NCBI GenBank assembly: GCA_951406725.2
Contig: OX597820.1
Coordinates: 36,704,001 to 36,768,000, forward strand
Direction: 5' to 3'
DNA length: 64,000 bases
Source of the DNA: Octopus vulgaris
Taxonomy: Eukaryota
Made by a program: the position numbers and the translations under genes. The notes under the pieces are model-generated. The model was not told where the DNA came from. It did no database searches and was given only the letters and a program-made list of their open reading frames with translations. Positions 63,172-64,000 of this stretch are shown here, one piece after another (the stretch's first letter is position 1; each line of letters opens with the position of its first letter).

Positions 63172-64000
63172 TCATGTCTTGTCTTTCAAGTGATTTTGTC
63201 TATGACTACTCAAACTACCATTTTTTGGGAATGTTTCTCCACATATATCACAACGATATGATTTTTCACCTGTGTGAATACGTCTATGTCGAGTTAAATG
63301 TTGATTATCAGAGAAGGTTTTACCACAAATATCACAATAATATGGTTTTTCACCTGTGTGAACACGCACATGTAGTGTCAAATGACTGCTCTGGGAGAAC
63401 GTTTTGCCACAGATATCACAGTGGTATGGTTTTTCACCTGTGTGAACACGTACATGTAGTGTCAGGTGACTACTCTGAGTGAATGTTTTACCACAGATAT
63501 CACAGTGGTATGGTTTCTCACCAGTGTGAATGCGTTTGTGTTTAGATAATTTACTACTGTCAGAAAATGTTTTCCCACAGATATCACAGTGGAATGGTTT
63601 CTCTCCTGTGTGAATTCGTTTGTGACTCGTCAGAGTACCATTCTCAGAGAAGGTTTTCCCACAAATATCACAGTGGTATGGTTTCTCTCCTGTGTGAATT
63701 CGTTTATGAGTAGTCAGAGTACCATTTTCAGAAAATGCTTTCCCACAGACATCACAACGATATGGTTTTTCACCAGTGTGAACATATTTATGACTACTCA
63801 AATAAGAATTTCGGGAAAATGTTTTTGCGCAAATACCACACTGATATGGTTTCTCTCCTGTGTGAATACGTTTATGAATAGTTAAGCTATTACTATGGGA
63901 GAATGTTTTGCTGCAAATATCACAGTGATATGGTTTCTCTCCTGAGTGAATATATTTGTGTCTAGTCAAATGACCATACTGAGTGAATGTTTTGCCACAA
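63172..64000 (-). CDS. Tandem C2H2 zinc-finger protein, 5'-partial (9 complete fingers plus 1 cut by the window edge)
   Basis: Open frame to the window end ([14 protein letters not shown]...), TGEKP linkers, stop TGA at 63172-63174. Confidence 0.92.
   Translation of the reverse strand, partial: CGKTFTQYGHLTRHKYIHSGEKPYHCDICSKTFSHSNSLTIHKRIHTGEKPYQCGICAKTFSRNSYLSSHKYVHTGEKPYRCDVCGKAFSENGTLTTHKRIHTGEKPYHCDICGKTFSENGTLTSHKRIHTGEKPFHCDICGKTFSDSSKLSKHKRIHTGEKPYHCDICGKTFTQSSHLTLHVRVHTGEKPYHCDICGKTFSQSSHLTLHVRVHTGEKPYYCDICGKTFSDNQHLTRHRRIHTGEKSYRCDICGETFPKNGSLSSHRQNHLKDKT

Noticed and set aside
63174-63885. Plus-strand ORFs overlapping the ZF gene (also 55633-56235 on -)
   Set aside because: Antisense shadows of the repetitive finger codons.

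Overview
AT-rich eukaryotic (metazoan) DNA. It looks like a cephalopod (octopus-type) C2H2 zinc-finger cluster embedded in dense transposable-element debris; the species is inferred from the tRNA-derived SINEs and the tandem [10 protein letters not shown]..H...HTGEKP fingers, not confirmed. Host content: two convergent KRAB-less C2H2-ZF genes (55449-56198 +; 63172 to the window end -) and three decayed ZF paralogues (~4.9-5.6, ~9.1-9.6, ~26.7-27.2 kb). TE content: a full-length but dead mariner, mariner and Tigger relics, a Chapaev-3-like element, three Merlin (IS1595-like) copies, CR1/RTE/Tx1 LINE pieces, a rearranged tRNA-Trp-primed Gypsy, MITEs and SINEs, with deep nesting at 31-43 kb. Two observations stand out. 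(1) A Tx1-like LINE, an ORF1-only 'half-LINE' related to it and a tRNA-SINE share a 3' tail, suggesting a three-member retrotransposition system. (2) Fold-back structures recur at Gypsy LTR/PBS junctions, including a 133-bp fully palindromic 'LTR'. All calls were made by eye with no database searches; relic boundaries are approximate.
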